Below, piece after piece: positions 10,561 through 24,733 of a stretch of 64,000 nt of DNA. Origin of the DNA: Octopus sinensis (taxonomy: Eukaryota); the NCBI RefSeq assembly GCF_006345805.1, contig NC_043010.1, positions 1,860,001 to 1,924,000 of the forward strand, written 5' to 3'. Every line of letters starts with the position of its first letter. Within the stretch, counting starts at the first letter, position 1. The translations under genes were made by a program, and so were the position numbers. Under the pieces are notes generated by a model. The model worked only from the letters and a program-made list of their open reading frames with translations, did no database searches and was not told the DNA's origin.

Positions 10561-11825
10561 CAGGCAAGTGTACATATATCTGCGAACAATGAATGTCATT
10601 CTAAATATGTGTGTGTCTGTGTGTCTGTGTGTGTGTGTGAACATTTCTTTGAGTGTATGTGTAAATGTGCTTTTTGAATATGTGTGTGTGTTTGTGTGAA
10701 GTAGATAGTGATGGTGATGGTGAAGGTTAAAGAAAGGTGTCTCGGTTTAGTAAGACGTTCAGGTTCAGGTGGACATTATCAAAGGAGAGAGATGAAAGGA
10801 AAAAGCAATGAAAGAAAGGTAGAATGTGATAAAAGTAAAATAAGAAAAACTCGTGAAGAATTAGAGAGAGAATGGTAAATGGTGAGGCCATTGAAGGTGT
10901 ATGGCGAGGCCACTGAGACAAAGAAATGAAAGAAAAAGGTAAAAAAAAGACAAAGAACAAAGGAAGAGAATGTAGGTTATTGACCAGTAAAATCTTGGAA
11001 TTTGGGAGTAAAATCCCCTTTAGGGTTAAAAGTGTATTCTTGAACTGTTCTTCAAACTGAGTTAATTGAGTTAATACACCTGAAACCCTTGTAATGATTA
11101 TGAACCAATGACGGGTCTCTCTCTATGTTCATTTAACCAAGTAGAAATAGCAGTCACATTACACTCGTATACTATCTTAAAGAAGGACATAGTTGTGTGG
11201 TTCAGATACTTGCTTCCTAATCACATAGTTTCATGTTTAGTCCTACAGTTGTGGTACCTTAGGAAATTGTCTTCTTCCATAACTCTGAGCTGATCAAAGC
11301 CTTGTAGGTGAATTTTGTAGATGGAAAATTAAAATATGCAACCATGCCTGCACTTGGTGAATTATGGTTTTTAAGGACTCACCACTGTATGCATCAATTA
11401 CCAAGTTTCAATCAGAAGAAAGGAGATATCCAGCAACATCCTTGTAGTACATGTGCATAGGACATAATGTGATAGATGATAACCTTGGCTGTCTTTCTAT
11501 ATCCTTGGTATCCTTACAGTTGTCTCTTATCATTGGTCCAGGAAATTAGTGGCAAGAGGAAGAAGTTGGTTATCTGACACAGCCTTCCCTTGTTATAATC
11601 CAGTTTCAGTGTAAGACAAAACTTGAACATTTCCAAACCACAAACAGATGGCAGATCTACTGTCGCACATCTGGGACAATGAAATACCACAGCTTCTGTA
11701 GTTTTCTTACTTGTAAAGGTACACAGATGGTGTAGTGACACTATGAATAGTTATGAGTCTTCAGTTGCTTATGTGACTGAGTCTCCTATAAGAAATACAA
11801 TCATGGTTGTTTTCAAGAAATAAAG

Positions 11826-11980
11826 AACCAGCCGGCAGAAGCGTTAGCATGCCAGGCGAAATGCGTAGCCATATTTCATCTGCTGTTACGTTCTGAGTTC
11901 AAATTCCACCGAGGTCGACTTTGCCTTTCATCCTTTCGGGGTCGATTAAATAAGTACCAGTTACGCACTGGGGTCGATAT
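11826..11980 (+). mobile_element. SINE family A (3'-truncated)
   Basis: GGCAGAAGCGTTAGC A-box-like, GAGTTCAAATTCC B-box-like, central GTCGACTTTGCCTTTCATCCTTTCGGGGTCGA domain (resembles a Meta-type SINE domain, from memory). Confidence 0.85.
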
Positions 11981-12627
11981 ATGAGGAGTGGTCATACTGC
12001 TGGTCATGCTGTTCTTGTCATTGCTGCTGCTGCTGCATATATAAATACTTTTAATTTTGATGTTGATGATGCCTTAGTTCAGTAGTATATCCTTCTAGAG
12101 AATTCCCTTGGGAACTTTTATGAACAACTTTTTCAGTAAACATTTTGGACTTTTTAAAAATTTATTTTTGTCCTTTGTTCTTGTTTTGTGAAGAAACCTA
12201 ACATCAAGCAACTTTTTACAGATCGAAATTTAGACACTGTTTTCTAAACCTGGCAAATTATGTGCAGGGGTGCAAATTTTGATTTTGCACCCACTAAAAC
12301 TTTTAAGGGGTGCAAACGCACTACCTTCACCCCCTGTTCCTAGGCCCTTGGCTCTAGTCTATCTGATTAACATCTGCACACTGTTTTATCTAGTTAACAT
12401 CCAGATACTGTAGTCTATCTAGTTAACATCTACACACTGTGGTCTGTCTAGCCACCATTACACAATGTTGTTATCAAGCCCGCATCTACTCATATTGGTC
12501 TATCTTGTTAATATCTACACACTAGTCTATATCAAGTTAACATATAGACACAACTGTCTCTCTAGTTAGTCTACACTCTGTGGTCTATCTACTCAACATC
12601 TAAACACTTTTGTCTACCTGTTCAACA

Positions 12628-13264
12628 TCTTGAGTCTATCTAATTAATATCTGGAGTCTATCTAGTTAATATCTGGAGTCTATCTAGTTAATAACTGGAG
12701 TCTATCTAGTTAATAACTGGAGTCTATCTAGTTAATATCTGGAGTCTATCTAGTTAATATCGGGAGTCTATCTAGTTAATATCTGGAGTCTATCTAGTTA
12801 ATAACTGGACATTATCTAGTTAATATCTGGAGTCTATCTAGTTAATATCTGGAGTCTATCTAGTTAATGTCTGGAGTCTATCTAGTTAATGTCTGGAGTC
12901 TATCTAGTTAATGTCTGGAGTCTATCTAGTTAATGTCTGGAGTCTATCTAGTTAATGTCTGGAGTCTATCTAGTTAATGTCTGGAGTCTATCTAGTTAAT
13001 GTCTGGAGTCTATCTAGTTAATGTCTGGAGTCTATCTAGTTAATGTCTGGAGTCTATCTAGTTAATGTCTGGAGTCTATCTAGTAATGTCTGGAGTCTAT
13101 CTAGTTAATGTCTGGAGTCTATCTAGTTAATGTCTGGAGTCTATCTAGTTAATGTCTGGAGTCTATCTAGTTAATGTCTGGAGTCTATCTAGTTAATGTC
13201 TGGAGTCTATCTAGTTAATGTCTGGAGTCTATCTAGTTAATATCTGGAGTCTATCTAGTTAATA
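12628..13264. repeat. 22-bp minisatellite TCTGGAGTCTATCTAGTTAAT(A/G), about 29 units
   Basis: Direct reading. The 5' units end in AATA, central units in AATG; one unit has a 1-nt deletion near 13085. Confidence 0.97.
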
Positions 13265-13279
13265 TCTACACACTGTGTT

Positions 13280-13684
13280 TCTTTTTTCTTTTATTTGTTT
13301 CAGTGATTAGACTGCGGCCATGCTGGAGCACCACTTTGAAGGGTTTCAGTCGAACAAATCGACCCTAGTACTTATTTTTTATAACCTAGTACTTATTCTA
13401 TCAGTCTCTTTTGCCAAACCACTAAGTTAGGGAGATGTAAACATACCAACACCAGCTGTCAAGTGGTGCTGGGGGGACAGACAGACACACACACACACAC
13501 ACACATACGTGTATACGCATACAATGGGCTTCTTTCAGTTTCTGTCTACCAAATCCACTCACAAGTCTTTGGTTGGCCTGAGGCTATAGCAGAAGACACT
13601 TGCCCAAGGTGCCACACAGTGGGACTGAACCTGAAACCATGTGGTTGGAAAGTAAGCTTCTTACCACACAGCCATGCCTGCACC
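13280..13684 (-). mobile_element. SINE family B, full length, inserted in the satellite
   Basis: Complete head, core and tail; CACTGT on both flanks (13271-13276 and 13684-13689) is a possible target duplication. Confidence 0.85.
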
Positions 13685-16381
13685 ACTGTAGTCTATCCAG
13701 TCAACATCTACACACTGTGGCTTACATAGTCAGCATCTACTCACTTGGTCTATCTGCTTAACATACACATACTGTAGTCTATCTAATTAATATATACAGT
13801 GTTAGTCTACGTCTACACAGTGTGGTCTATCAATCCAAAATCTTCTCATAGTGGTCTTTCTACCCAACATCAGCATATTGTGGTCTATTTATTCAATATC
13901 TACACAGTTTAGTCCATTTACCCAACATCTACACACTAGTCTAATCTAACCAACACAGAGACACAGAGGTCTGTCTATCCAGTTATCATATACATACCGT
14001 GGTCTATTGAATCCGTAATCCACTGAATAGAGTCGATTATCTTTCTAATACACATCTATAAGACTGTACTTTCCATTATACACACACACACACACATACA
14101 ACACACACACATCATCTTGAACACATTATGAATATTATGTACAGCTATGCCTTTCTCTGCCATCTCCCATTTGCACATACACATATCTTTGTGCATGTGT
14201 GTGTGTGTGTGTGGGTTAAGTGACCAAATAGATCCACAGCAGATGCATTTTTTGTTCCTGTTTCTTGGTTGAAATGGATGATTATGGAGAGAGAGAAAAA
14301 AAATAGTGTTTAGGGGAGGAGGGGGAGGTAAAAGACTAAAAGAGATATATAAATGGAAAGGATTGAGAGAGAGATAGAGAGAGAGAAAGTGAGAGAGAGA
14401 GAGAAGCCCTTCAGGATGTTTTCCAGCTGTGACTAACTATTTTCATTTTCTCACTATAGTTCTGTGTTTTTTTTTTCTTATTCCTGTTTTATCTTTGCTT
14501 GCATTGTAGAGGTTGTTGTTGTTATTGTTGTTGATGTTGTTAATATTGTTGTTGCAGTGCTTTCTTCTCCCCACCATCAATACCGCCACCACCACGGCCT
14601 AGTACTACCATTACTAATAGCATCTGTATCACCACCACCATCATCATCACAACTGGAATCATGAACACCATCACCACCAGTATCAGAACCCGCCCCCATC
14701 ACCATCGTTCACCCACCACCATCACCACCACCACCACCAACAACAACAAACGTCACAGCCATCATCATCATCATCACCACCAGTGCCATCATGAGCACCA
14801 TCATCAGATCTTATGGTGGTGGTGGTGGGGGAGTTTGTAGTGGCAGAGATGGAGGTGGTGGTGGTGGTGGGGGGGAACAGAAGCCTGCAGATTTGAATAG
14901 AATTATTTGCCATCAGTTTTCTAGTTCTTTGAAAGCAGGTGGGTTTTACACTCGGATGGGTTTGCCAGAGTTCCAACCACTTTAATGCCATGTGGAACTG
15001 GTGATACTGATTTTCCACATAGCAAAGCTAAGCCAACAACAATAACAACAACGACGACAATAATAATAATAACAATAATAATAATAATAATAATAATGAT
15101 AATAATGAAAACTAAATTAATGAATAAGAAAATAAAGAACGAAGAAAAGTATAAAAACGGTTGGAGAAAGGAAAACCAGAAAGAAAAAGGGGTGAAAAAT
15201 ATAGAAAACTATTCAGTTTTTCACATGAATGAATACACAAATTCACACACAAGTGCAGACATACATATGTATGTGCATGTATTTGTATATCAAATGTTTG
15301 TTCTCTTAATATCACTCAGTCCCTCTCTCTTTCTTTCTCTCTCTCTCTCTCTCCTTCTCAACCATGAACACATCACGTATATACATATGTACATGTAAAT
15401 GAATGCATCTCGTATATACAATGCATGCCAGTGCATATGTGTGTGTATATTATACACACACAACACAAATAAGCAGAGAGGTAGAAAGACTTAGATAGAT
15501 AGATAGATAGTTGGACAGAGAGATATATTGATGCATTTGGTGAATTTTCTACAAACAATTACAATCTCCTCCATATTAGGTAAGTTGTATGAAACCTAGG
15601 GTACGGAACTGTAAACTTAGTTTTCACATGTGCATGTGCACACATACAGACATGCATACAATCATGCATGTCTGTATACATACATCAATACACAAATGCA
15701 TACACGTGTGTGAGTGTCTCTGTATGTATGTATGTATATATATATAGATATATATATGCACACACACACACACACACATGCTCATATGTGTCTGCATAAA
15801 TCTCTCTGTATGTCTGTCTGTATGTATGTATGTATATATATACATACACACACACACACACACACATGCACGTACACACACGTTTATACACATACCAACC
15901 AGCCTTTATGTATGTATATATGTACACACAAGCATAGATATGTGTGCATGTGTGTGACAGAGAGAGAGAGTGAATCAGTATGTGTTTGACTGTCCGTATA
16001 ATCAATATCATCATTATAAATGGTTTTGCAATAGTTCTGTGTCCATTTTCCCTCTGCTGGCATGGAATTCTTTGGTCTGTCAAATAATATGCTTTCATTT
16101 ACCTGTCTTTTGGGGGAAAACCAAATTCTCTTTAATCACTCAACCATCAAGCCATCACTCTTTCACTAATATATGTGGGGACATGCACATATATACTGAA
16201 ATGCACACATCATACATATGCCATACTTGACTCTAGCATATACTTACACAAACCATTGAGTTTTAAGATGTACAAAAGGTTTCGTTGTTTTTCTGTATTT
16301 TCTTGAAATGTGTGCCTTTTATATAATCTATCTTATCAGTTTTACTCTCTCATACTCTCTTTGTCATTATACATATGTATA

Positions 16382-16428
<47 letters not shown>

Positions 16429-16461
16429 ATATATGTATATATGTATATATATGTATGTATA

Positions 16462-16505
<44 letters not shown>

Positions 16506-16713
16506 GAATTTTTTGTGTGTGTATATGCACACACATGTTCATATATATAATCAATTCCTCTGTGCAGTATGCATGTGTATATATGTATGGCATGTGTCTA
16601 CACACACGCACATACACACACATGAAAGTATATGGATGTATGTATGTGTGTATTTGTGTGTGTGTGTAAAAATATCAATTCTTTCAATTATATTATGTAT
16701 GTGTATATATTTC

Positions 16714-16757
<44 letters not shown>

Positions 16758-16763
16758 ACATGT

Positions 16764-16967
16764 GTGACAGATTGATGGGAATCAACGTAAGCAACAAAAC
16801 TGGATACAGCTGTGTGGTTAAGAATTTTACTTTGCAGCCCTGTATTTTTGGGTTTCAGTCCCACTGAATGGCACCTTATGCAAGAACCCTGCAAGCCAAC
16901 CGGTATCTTAGAAGTGAATCTAGTTGACAGAACCTGTATGGAACCCTGTCATGTATGTATGTATGTA

Positions 16968-17008
<41 letters not shown>

Positions 17009-17201
17009 ACATGTGTGACAGATTGATGGGAATCAACGTAAGCAACAAAACTGGATACAGCTGTGTGGTTAAGAATTTTACTTTGCAGCCCTGTATTTTT
17101 GGGTTTCAGTCCCACTGAATGGCACCTTATGCAAGAACCCTGCAAGCCAACCGGTATCTTAGAAGTGAATCTAGTTGACAGAACCTGTATGGAACCCTGT
17201 C
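16764..17201. repeat. Tandem duplication, period 251 bp
   Basis: 16764-16950 and 17015-17201 are identical by eye over 187 bp; units are bounded by (TG)/(TATG) microsatellites. Confidence 0.92.
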
Positions 17202-18469
17202 ATGTATGTATGTATGTATGTATGTATGTGTGTGTGTGTGTGTGTGCATGCGTGCATGCATGCATAAGGTTGTTCACATCATGAGAATTTAAGAATATAT
17301 ATACTTTTGAGAGAATACAAAATAATTCTCTTTTGGAACAGTGGATCTTGAAGCAGATGATAAAGCCATAAGCAATAGCATGTAAATATTGGATTAAAAA
17401 CTTTTCGGGGATAGAAAAGGTTAAAAGCTGCCTCAATATGCACGAGTGTTTATGTGTAATGTTATCTACATGATGGTTGTAAATGAGCATCACTTCCATA
17501 CATGCGAGATTGTTCATTTCCAGTTTTCCCAGATAAACATGTCTTGCTATGAGGAAAATATTACCTGGCTTAGAAACAGGTGAGGGTTCATGACTGGAAG
17601 CCATAAAAAATCTGCCTGAATAAATTCTGTCTAACCCATGCTAGCATGGAAAAATGGCAGTCAAATGATGTTGATGATGATGCATGTAACTCAGATTATG
17701 TTCCCCTATGTGTCCACCCACTTGTTTTAGCATTGCATGTAATTCGATAGAGATTTGGTTGTTATTTCTTGCAGATCAAGCCCACCCACCACCATCCATG
17801 TGGAGGTTCCATTGATGGTGTTGGTTGCAATAGTAGCTGATGTGGTATGGGTGGAGATGGGGGAGATGGTTTTAATGACTTAACTAGTGATACACCACCA
17901 GTCAGATGAAGTCTGTTCCTATCTCAGCTCAGCTGCACATTTTTCAAATACCACCAAGATTTGAGCTAAATGGAAGCAAAAGACATTGATAAGAGAATTT
18001 CTTGTTTTTTTTTTTTTGCTTTTTTTTCGGAACTATTCAAAAACTTGTTTGTGATAAAAGAAAAAAAGAAAAAGTGTGGAGGGATTTAAATCAAAACAAC
18101 TACCATATGAAAAAAAGTATATGCAAACATCATAAATGTTAATGAGATTTGGCAAAAATAAAAAAAATTAAAAAAAATAAAATGAAAATGGAATTAAAAG
18201 TTAGTGAAGCTCTACAAATAATTGCTGTGTGCAGAATCAAAATTTCTTGAAGTATTTAATCATGTTCTTTAACATTCTGAGTTCTAATCTTGACGAGGTT
18301 GATTTTTATCTATCACCTTCCTTGGTTTGATAGGATGTGATAAGAATCAGTTTAGTATTGGGGCTAATTTTATTGACTGCGACTTAATGACTTCGTTAAA
18401 AATTATTATCATCATCATTATTATCATTATTATCATCATCATTATTATTATTATTATTATTATTATTAA

Positions 18470-18690
18470 TATCAAGATGGCAAATTGGCAGAATCATTAC
18501 TGTGCCAGACAAAACTGCTTAGCGGCATTTCTTTTGGCTCTTTATGTCCTGAGTTCAAATTCTGCAGAGGTCAGCTTTGCCTTTCATCCTTTTGGGGTTG
18601 ATAAATTAAGTACCAGTTACATACTGGGTCGATTTAATTGGCTGGCCACCTCTCCAAAAATTTCGGGCCTAGAGTAGAAAAGGATAAAAT
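18470..18690 (+). mobile_element. SINE family A variant following an (ATT/ATC)n tract
   Basis: TGGCAGAATCATTA head, GAGTTCAAATTCTG, CTTTGCCTTTCATCCTTTTGGGGTTGATAAATTAAGTACCAG. Confidence 0.8.
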
Positions 18691-18721
18691 AAGTACCTAT
18701 TGAACACTAGGTTTGATGTAA

Positions 18722-19892
18722 CTTTGACAGTAATTACAGCTTGAATTCTACAAGGAATGGACTCGTACAAAGTTTGTATTGTTTCCAAAGGAACTTTTGT
18801 CCATTCTTCAGCTAAAACAGTCTCCAGTTCTTGTAGTGATAATGGCAGAGGATATCAAATCTTTACTTATTTTTCTAAAATGCACCGTAAATGTTCAATA
18901 ATATTGAGATCTGGGGACTGTGGTGGCCAGATAAGATGTTCAACTTCACTAGAATGTTCCTCGTGCCATTCAGTAATAATTTTAGCTATGTGAATCGGTG
19001 CATTATCATCCTGAAAGATTGTTTTCCTTCTGGAAACAGTTCTGCAACCATATGATGAATTTGATCAGATAAAATGCTTAAATAGTCTTGACTATTAATT
19101 CTGCCATGAAGGGAAACCATTGGGCCAGCGGATTTCCAAGATATACTCCCCCCACCACAGATCCTCCTCCATGTTTTAACAATTGCAAGAAGGCAGTCTG
19201 AGTCAAATGCTTCTTTTGGCTGTCTCCACACGTATACTCGACCAGTGGTCATAAATGAGGTAAAGGATGACTCGTCCAAGAAAATAAAGTACTTCCGCTG
19301 CTCTAGGGACCAATTCTGTAGGTTTCTACTGTTTTTGAAAGTAGTGGTTTTCTGACTGCAGCCCTCCCATGAAATCCAGCTTTTTGCAGCTCCAGGTGAA
19401 CTGTTTTGTGGAAACTGGGTTCTCAAGGTAATCATTAAGCTTTGCAGTAATTTTGGAAGCTGTACTTTTGTGACCCTTTCTAACAATTCATGTAAGAATC
19501 CGACGGTCCCTATCTGAAAGTTTTGGTTTTCTTCTGGAGTTTTGTTTTGATGAGGAGGTTTTTCCCTCTTTCTCAAAGACTAATTACTTTCAAGACAGTA
19601 CTTCTTGATACACCAAGCATTTCAGCTGTTTTCATTATGCTAGTGTTTGCCATACAAGCACCAACAATTCGACCTCTTTGAAAGTCCAATAGATCTGTGA
19701 TTTTAATGAATTTTAATAACCTTTTTCTGATGATATCTGAAAAGAAACAGCAATTTTAGCAAAACATATTGAGCAACACTAATAATAAATCAGAAAAACA
19801 TAAAAGTAAACAAGCTTTTGATGGTTTTGTAGATATTCCAAAATTGTGATGCTATGATGCCAGGTGTTTCCGTTATTTTATCCAATCCCTGT

Positions 19893-19893
<1 letters not shown>
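18722..19893 (-). mobile_element. Tc1-family DNA transposon, decayed, one TIR retained
   Basis: 5' TIR CAGGGATTGGATAAAATAACGGAAACACC ends at TA 19892-19893. The 3' end is truncated next to a SINE and no partner TIR was found. Confidence 0.9.
18727..19701 (-). pseudogene. Tc1 DDE transposase pseudogene
   Basis: Across frames: DLLDFQRGRIVGA, KPKLSDRDRR, GRAAVRKPLLS, IFLDESSF (D1), GRVYVWRQPKEAF, QDDNAPIH (D2), WPPQSPDLNIIEH (E), YESIPCRIQAVI. Contains stops and frameshifts; the start codon appears as ATC. Confidence 0.92.
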
Positions 19894-19935
<42 letters not shown>

Positions 19936-20589
19936 ATATATATATGAGAGTGCATGTCTGTGTGTGTGTGTCTTTGTGTTTGTCCCCCACATCACTGCTT
20001 GACAATTGGTGCTGGACATGTGATCTCTGGAATGTTTTTTTTCTTTTTCTGTCTTACATTCCCGGTGCCTCAATAACAATCAATACTATTCAATAGTGTA
20101 GTGCAGGAGCAGAAGCAAGGGGTAGTCTACCCCGGACGATGATTTTACACGAGCAGCAATTTTGGGTCAGCTGTATAAGCCCATGTTGACTGTATTGAAA
20201 CATATGGAACTTTAAGATGGAACCACTTTGCAATATGTCATACTTTTTGTGAGTTTCCTGATGGGGAAGAGAAAAATCCAGGAGTTACTCTGGACAGCAG
20301 TTTCCTTTCAAATTTCTTTTATATTTATAGTTTTTCTGGACTTCTTTTGGGAAATATTCGATCAGAAAGATTATAAGATGTTTATCAGAGTATGGATATT
20401 ACCATTCCGATCTTCAGCTTTATCTCCTTGCCAAACTAGGTTGGCACATCCCAAATTATTGTTGTTGTTGTTTTTATTTTTTTTTCTGTCCTTACACTCT
20501 AAGTTCTCCTGCTTCCAAGGTCGATTGCCTTTCATCCTTTCGGGTTGATTAAATTTGTACCAGGAGGGGGTTTGGCCTTGTACCAAAAT

Positions 20590-21110
20590 TTGAAATCATA
20601 ATTATTATTAAGTGAGAGAGCAGTGCATGCCATCAAAGTGACACTGGGGTAAAATATACAATGCCTGGTACACCTAATATGACTACCCATCAGATAAGGG
20701 TACACCAGGCACATGCATCACAACCAAATGTGCTCGACATGGTGAACTCATATCAAGATAAGCAGTTCATGATCTAGCAGGTGGGGCCCAGTTAGAGTTT
20801 TCATCAGGTCGAGTAGCCCATCCTGCTCAAATAGTCTTTGAATAAGGGTTGTTTGAGGATGTTGAACGAAACATCCATGTTTTCAGAGGTGAATTATCCA
20901 AACCCTCCAAAAATTCCTCCACTACTTCTGCTCATTATCAGAGATGCACATATCGTCAGCCCCTAAGAGACATGCTCAAGGTCAAGCAACTCATAAGCAA
21001 ATCTGTTGTATTGAGCAGAATATTTGCTGTAGCCCATCTTTTATACCAAGCCAAAACAATGTACATGATAACACTTCCAATCAGTTAAGATCAGAAGCCA
21101 CGAGAGCCAT
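20590..21110. mobile_element. Interspersed repeat family D (unclassified)
   Basis: 20590-20900 is the reverse complement of 51162-51445 (GATAAGGGTACACCAGGCACATGCATCACAACC core). Confidence 0.65.
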
Positions 21111-22146
21111 TATCTCGCATTGTATCAGGGTTATTATTATTATTATTATTATTATTATCATTATTATTATTATCATTATTATTATTATTATTATTATTAA
21201 CAGCTGTGGATTGGCAGATCCATTAGGGCATTGGACAAATATCTTCTAATATTTGTTTCAGCTTTTCCTGTTCTGAGTTCAAATCCTGCTGAGGTTAACT
21301 TTGTCATTCATTCAGCATTCTGGAGTGATAAAATTAGATACCCTTCATATACTAAGGTTGATTTAATATCAACTAAATACCCTCCCACAAAGTTCAGGTT
21401 TTGTGTCAATGCTACAAGCAATTATTACTGCTAAGGTTCCTATGAGGACAAGAAGGGTATACAGCTGTAGAAACCATTCTAAAGTAGACACTGGGGCACA
21501 ATGCAGTCCTGAAACCCAGCAAATTCTGTCAAATCATACAAGCGATGCCAGTATGGAACATGGATGCGAAATCCTGATAATGAGGATGAGAATCTACAAA
21601 TGTATGAATGGAGAGAGAGAGAGAGAGAGAGAGAGAAATAAAGAGAAGGGAGAGAGTGATAGGTGTGAAGAGAGAAGTAGTGAAAAAGTTAAAGTTAGGA
21701 AGAAGCAAGAATTAGAAGTAAATATGTCAATAGAAAAAGTTGTCATGTGATTATGATGTGAAGCTTTGAGTAGCGTGTGTGTGTGTTTCTATTTATCTAT
21801 CTTTCTGTATGCCTGTAAATCTATAATTATACATTATTCAGATCTCCTATACACACACACACATATATAGATAGACATACAGACATGAATATATATATAT
21901 ATGCACACACACACACATATGCATACGTATATAGAAAAGAGAAAGAGAGGCAGACAGAGGTAGAAAGGTAAATAGATTAAACCATAAATGAAGGTATTTA
22001 TGTGGGTTGTTTGATGTGTGTGTGTGTGTGTGTGTGTGTGAAGAAATGAAACAAAATAAGACAATGTGTAACATGGGAATAAAATAAAATAACACAAAAG
22101 AATCAAGAATTGATGCATCCATATTTGAAATTCTCAAATAACAACA

Positions 22147-22194
<48 letters not shown>

Positions 22195-22420
22195 AGTAGT
22201 TAAGAAAAATAAAGAAATATAAAAAGTGTGAGTAACCGAATGAATGGAAGAGGAGAGAGATTAAACAAATTTGATATAAAACAATAAATAATTTTGATAC
22301 CATTGTCATTACAGTACGTGTGAGTGTGTTACTGTTATGTGGGGAGCCATACGTATCTCACTATCTATCTCTCTATCTATCTCTCTATCTATCTATCTAT
22401 CTATATCACTATCTATCTCA

Positions 22421-22477
<57 letters not shown>

Positions 22478-22699
22478 ACTTTATGAGTATGTGTGTACCA
22501 CATATAATTTAACAACTCATTATAAAACAGTTCCCAATAAGAATCTCTTCATTATTAAATGCTAACTGTTCTTGTGTCCATAGAACTTGCAATAAATCTA
22601 CCGTATTAAAGGAACAGAAAAATTGATGATTTCACTACAAAAATCTATGCTTGTATTTATCTGTAAAACTTACATAAGATTTGCAACAGCTGTTATGAT

Positions 22700-23520
22700 A
22701 GAGTGAGTTCAAATCTCACTGAGATTGACTTTGGCTTTCACCCCTCTGGCAAACAATAGAATGAATCTAGAACTAGGGTTGAAGGCATCAACTAGCACCA
22801 GTCCCTCAATATCTGCCTAAATCAGAAACAGTATTGTCTGGCAGAATTGTTAGCATGCTGGACAAAATGCTTTGTGGCAATTCACCCATCTTTATTTTGT
22901 GAGTTCAAACTCTGCTGAGGTTGACTTTACCTTTTATCCTTTCAGGGTGGCTGAAATAAGTATCGGTTGAGAATGGGGTTGACGTAATTGATTGACTTCC
23001 TCCCCCAAAATTCCAAGCCTTTTGCCTTTACTAGAAAGGCTTATCATCATCATCATCACCATCATCATCAAAGTGGCCAGCTGGCAGAATCATTAGCACA
23101 TCGGACAAAATGCTTAGCAGCATTTCATCCATCCTTACATTCTGAGTTCAAATTTCACAGAGGTCGACTTTGTCTTTTTCATCTTTTGGGGTGGGGGTGG
23201 GGGGTCAATGAAATACGTACCAGTTACACACTGGGGTTGATGTAATTGACTATCTCCCCTACCTACAAATCTCGGGCCTTGTGCCAATAGTAGATAAGAT
23301 TATTATTGATATTTTTATTTGATTGGTGGATTGACAGAACTGTTTGAGCACTGAGCAGAAGGCCTTGCCATATTTCATAATGGATTATGGATGTTTATGT
23401 TCTGAGTTCAGATCCAATCCAGATCAACTTTGCCTTTCATCCTTCAAGACCATTAAAATGAAATACCAGTTATATACTAAGGTTAATGGTATCAACTAAA
23501 CCATACCCACATACCTGCTG
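22700..23520 (+). mobile_element. Cluster of about 4 old family A SINEs, head to tail
   Basis: Repeated GGCAGAAT..TTAGCA heads (about 22840, 23083, 23334) and GAGTTCAAA...CTTT.CCTTT.ATCC cores. Confidence 0.75.
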
Positions 23521-23923
23521 GATTTGTGTCTAATTCAGAAACCATTTTATGTTTTTTTTTTACCAAAGATAGTTCCTCCTTTTCTTTTGGGGTTTGCAGG
23601 TTTTATTTGTTGTATTTTTGGTTATTTCCTGTGATGTTTTGTTTCTTTATTTCGTTTTACTTATTTTATTTGTTTATTTGCTGTTTTTGGTTTATTGTTG
23701 TTGTTGATAAGATTCGAAACGGAGAAATACTTCCGTTATATTGATTTTCCATGTATACGTGTGCACACACGTACACATGCATTTATGTCTTTTCTTCTTT
23801 TACTGCTTTGAACCCAAAAGGATCTGGCCATGCTACAGCACCACTGTTGCTGTTGTTACAATTTCAACAGTTCTTTTTCTGTAGCTGGTTGCATACATAT
23901 TTTTGCATATGTATGCACACATG

Positions 23924-23957
<34 letters not shown>

Positions 23958-24295
23958 TCCTTGCACATATGATGATATGCATTTATAACTGTTTGCATCA
24001 CCATATGCATGTATATACACACATGCACACATGTATGCTCATGTCATAATCATGGATGCATACACACCCATATGCATACATACACATAAACACATATTTA
24101 TATGTATACATATGATGAAACACACTCATCGATGCTTGCATATCCACACACACAAACACATGCATACATACACACACACATTAATTCAATACATATGAAA
24201 CATTCATAAATCCTTGCATGCACACACACAAACATATGCATATTTATGTGCATATATATGATGAAGCACACTCATAAATGCTTCAGGATCCATAT

Positions 24296-24335
<40 letters not shown>

Positions 24336-24686
24336 CCAAAAACATGCACATACATATATTTCACACATACCAAACATGTATTCACATATACAGAAACAAA
24401 ACATCTGAATAGAACATTTTAAAGGTAAAAATGAAAATAATCACAGAAATATGGTAGCTACGTAGTAAAATGGGAAAATACTTTGCAGAAAATTTTTCGA
24501 AATAATTAAATCGCATTTTTGTATCAGCACTTTCGTTTATGTTCTTGCTGTTGTTGGAGTTTTAGATTTACAATGTGGCGGTGGCGCCAGTAGTGATGGC
24601 AAGCATTTAATTTTAGTTTTAATTCTTCATCTTACGTGTACACACACACACATTCATTCATTCATTCATTCATTAATGTGTAAGAG

Positions 24687-24733
<47 letters not shown>

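Larger units (their letters stand above)
12350..14060. repeat. Old degenerate satellite of about 28-30 bp (TCTACACACTGTGGTCTATCTAGTTAACA-like)
   Basis: Many diverged units on both sides of the homogeneous 22-mer array and of the inserted SINE. Confidence 0.75.

Noticed and set aside
10139-10567. Pro/Thr/His-rich mucin-like ORF on the minus strand
   Set aside because: It lies in a degenerate GGT/GTT tract; other frames are similarly open, and there are no convincing splice sites or domain.
11340-11800. Unique-looking stretch with a 75-aa Cys-containing ORF
   Set aside because: Stops in alternative frames, no recognisable motif; probably an old unclassified repeat.
12628-13264. CRISPR-like array
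   Set aside because: Contiguous tandem units with no unique spacers, no cas genes, and a eukaryotic context.
14881-15030. Minus-strand exon candidate after a (TTG/TTA)n tract
   Set aside because: No credible donor and the peptide is unrecognised.
15520-15595. Strong plus-strand donor TAG|GTAAGT at 15589
   Set aside because: No pyrimidine-rich acceptor upstream; it follows a (GATA)n tract.
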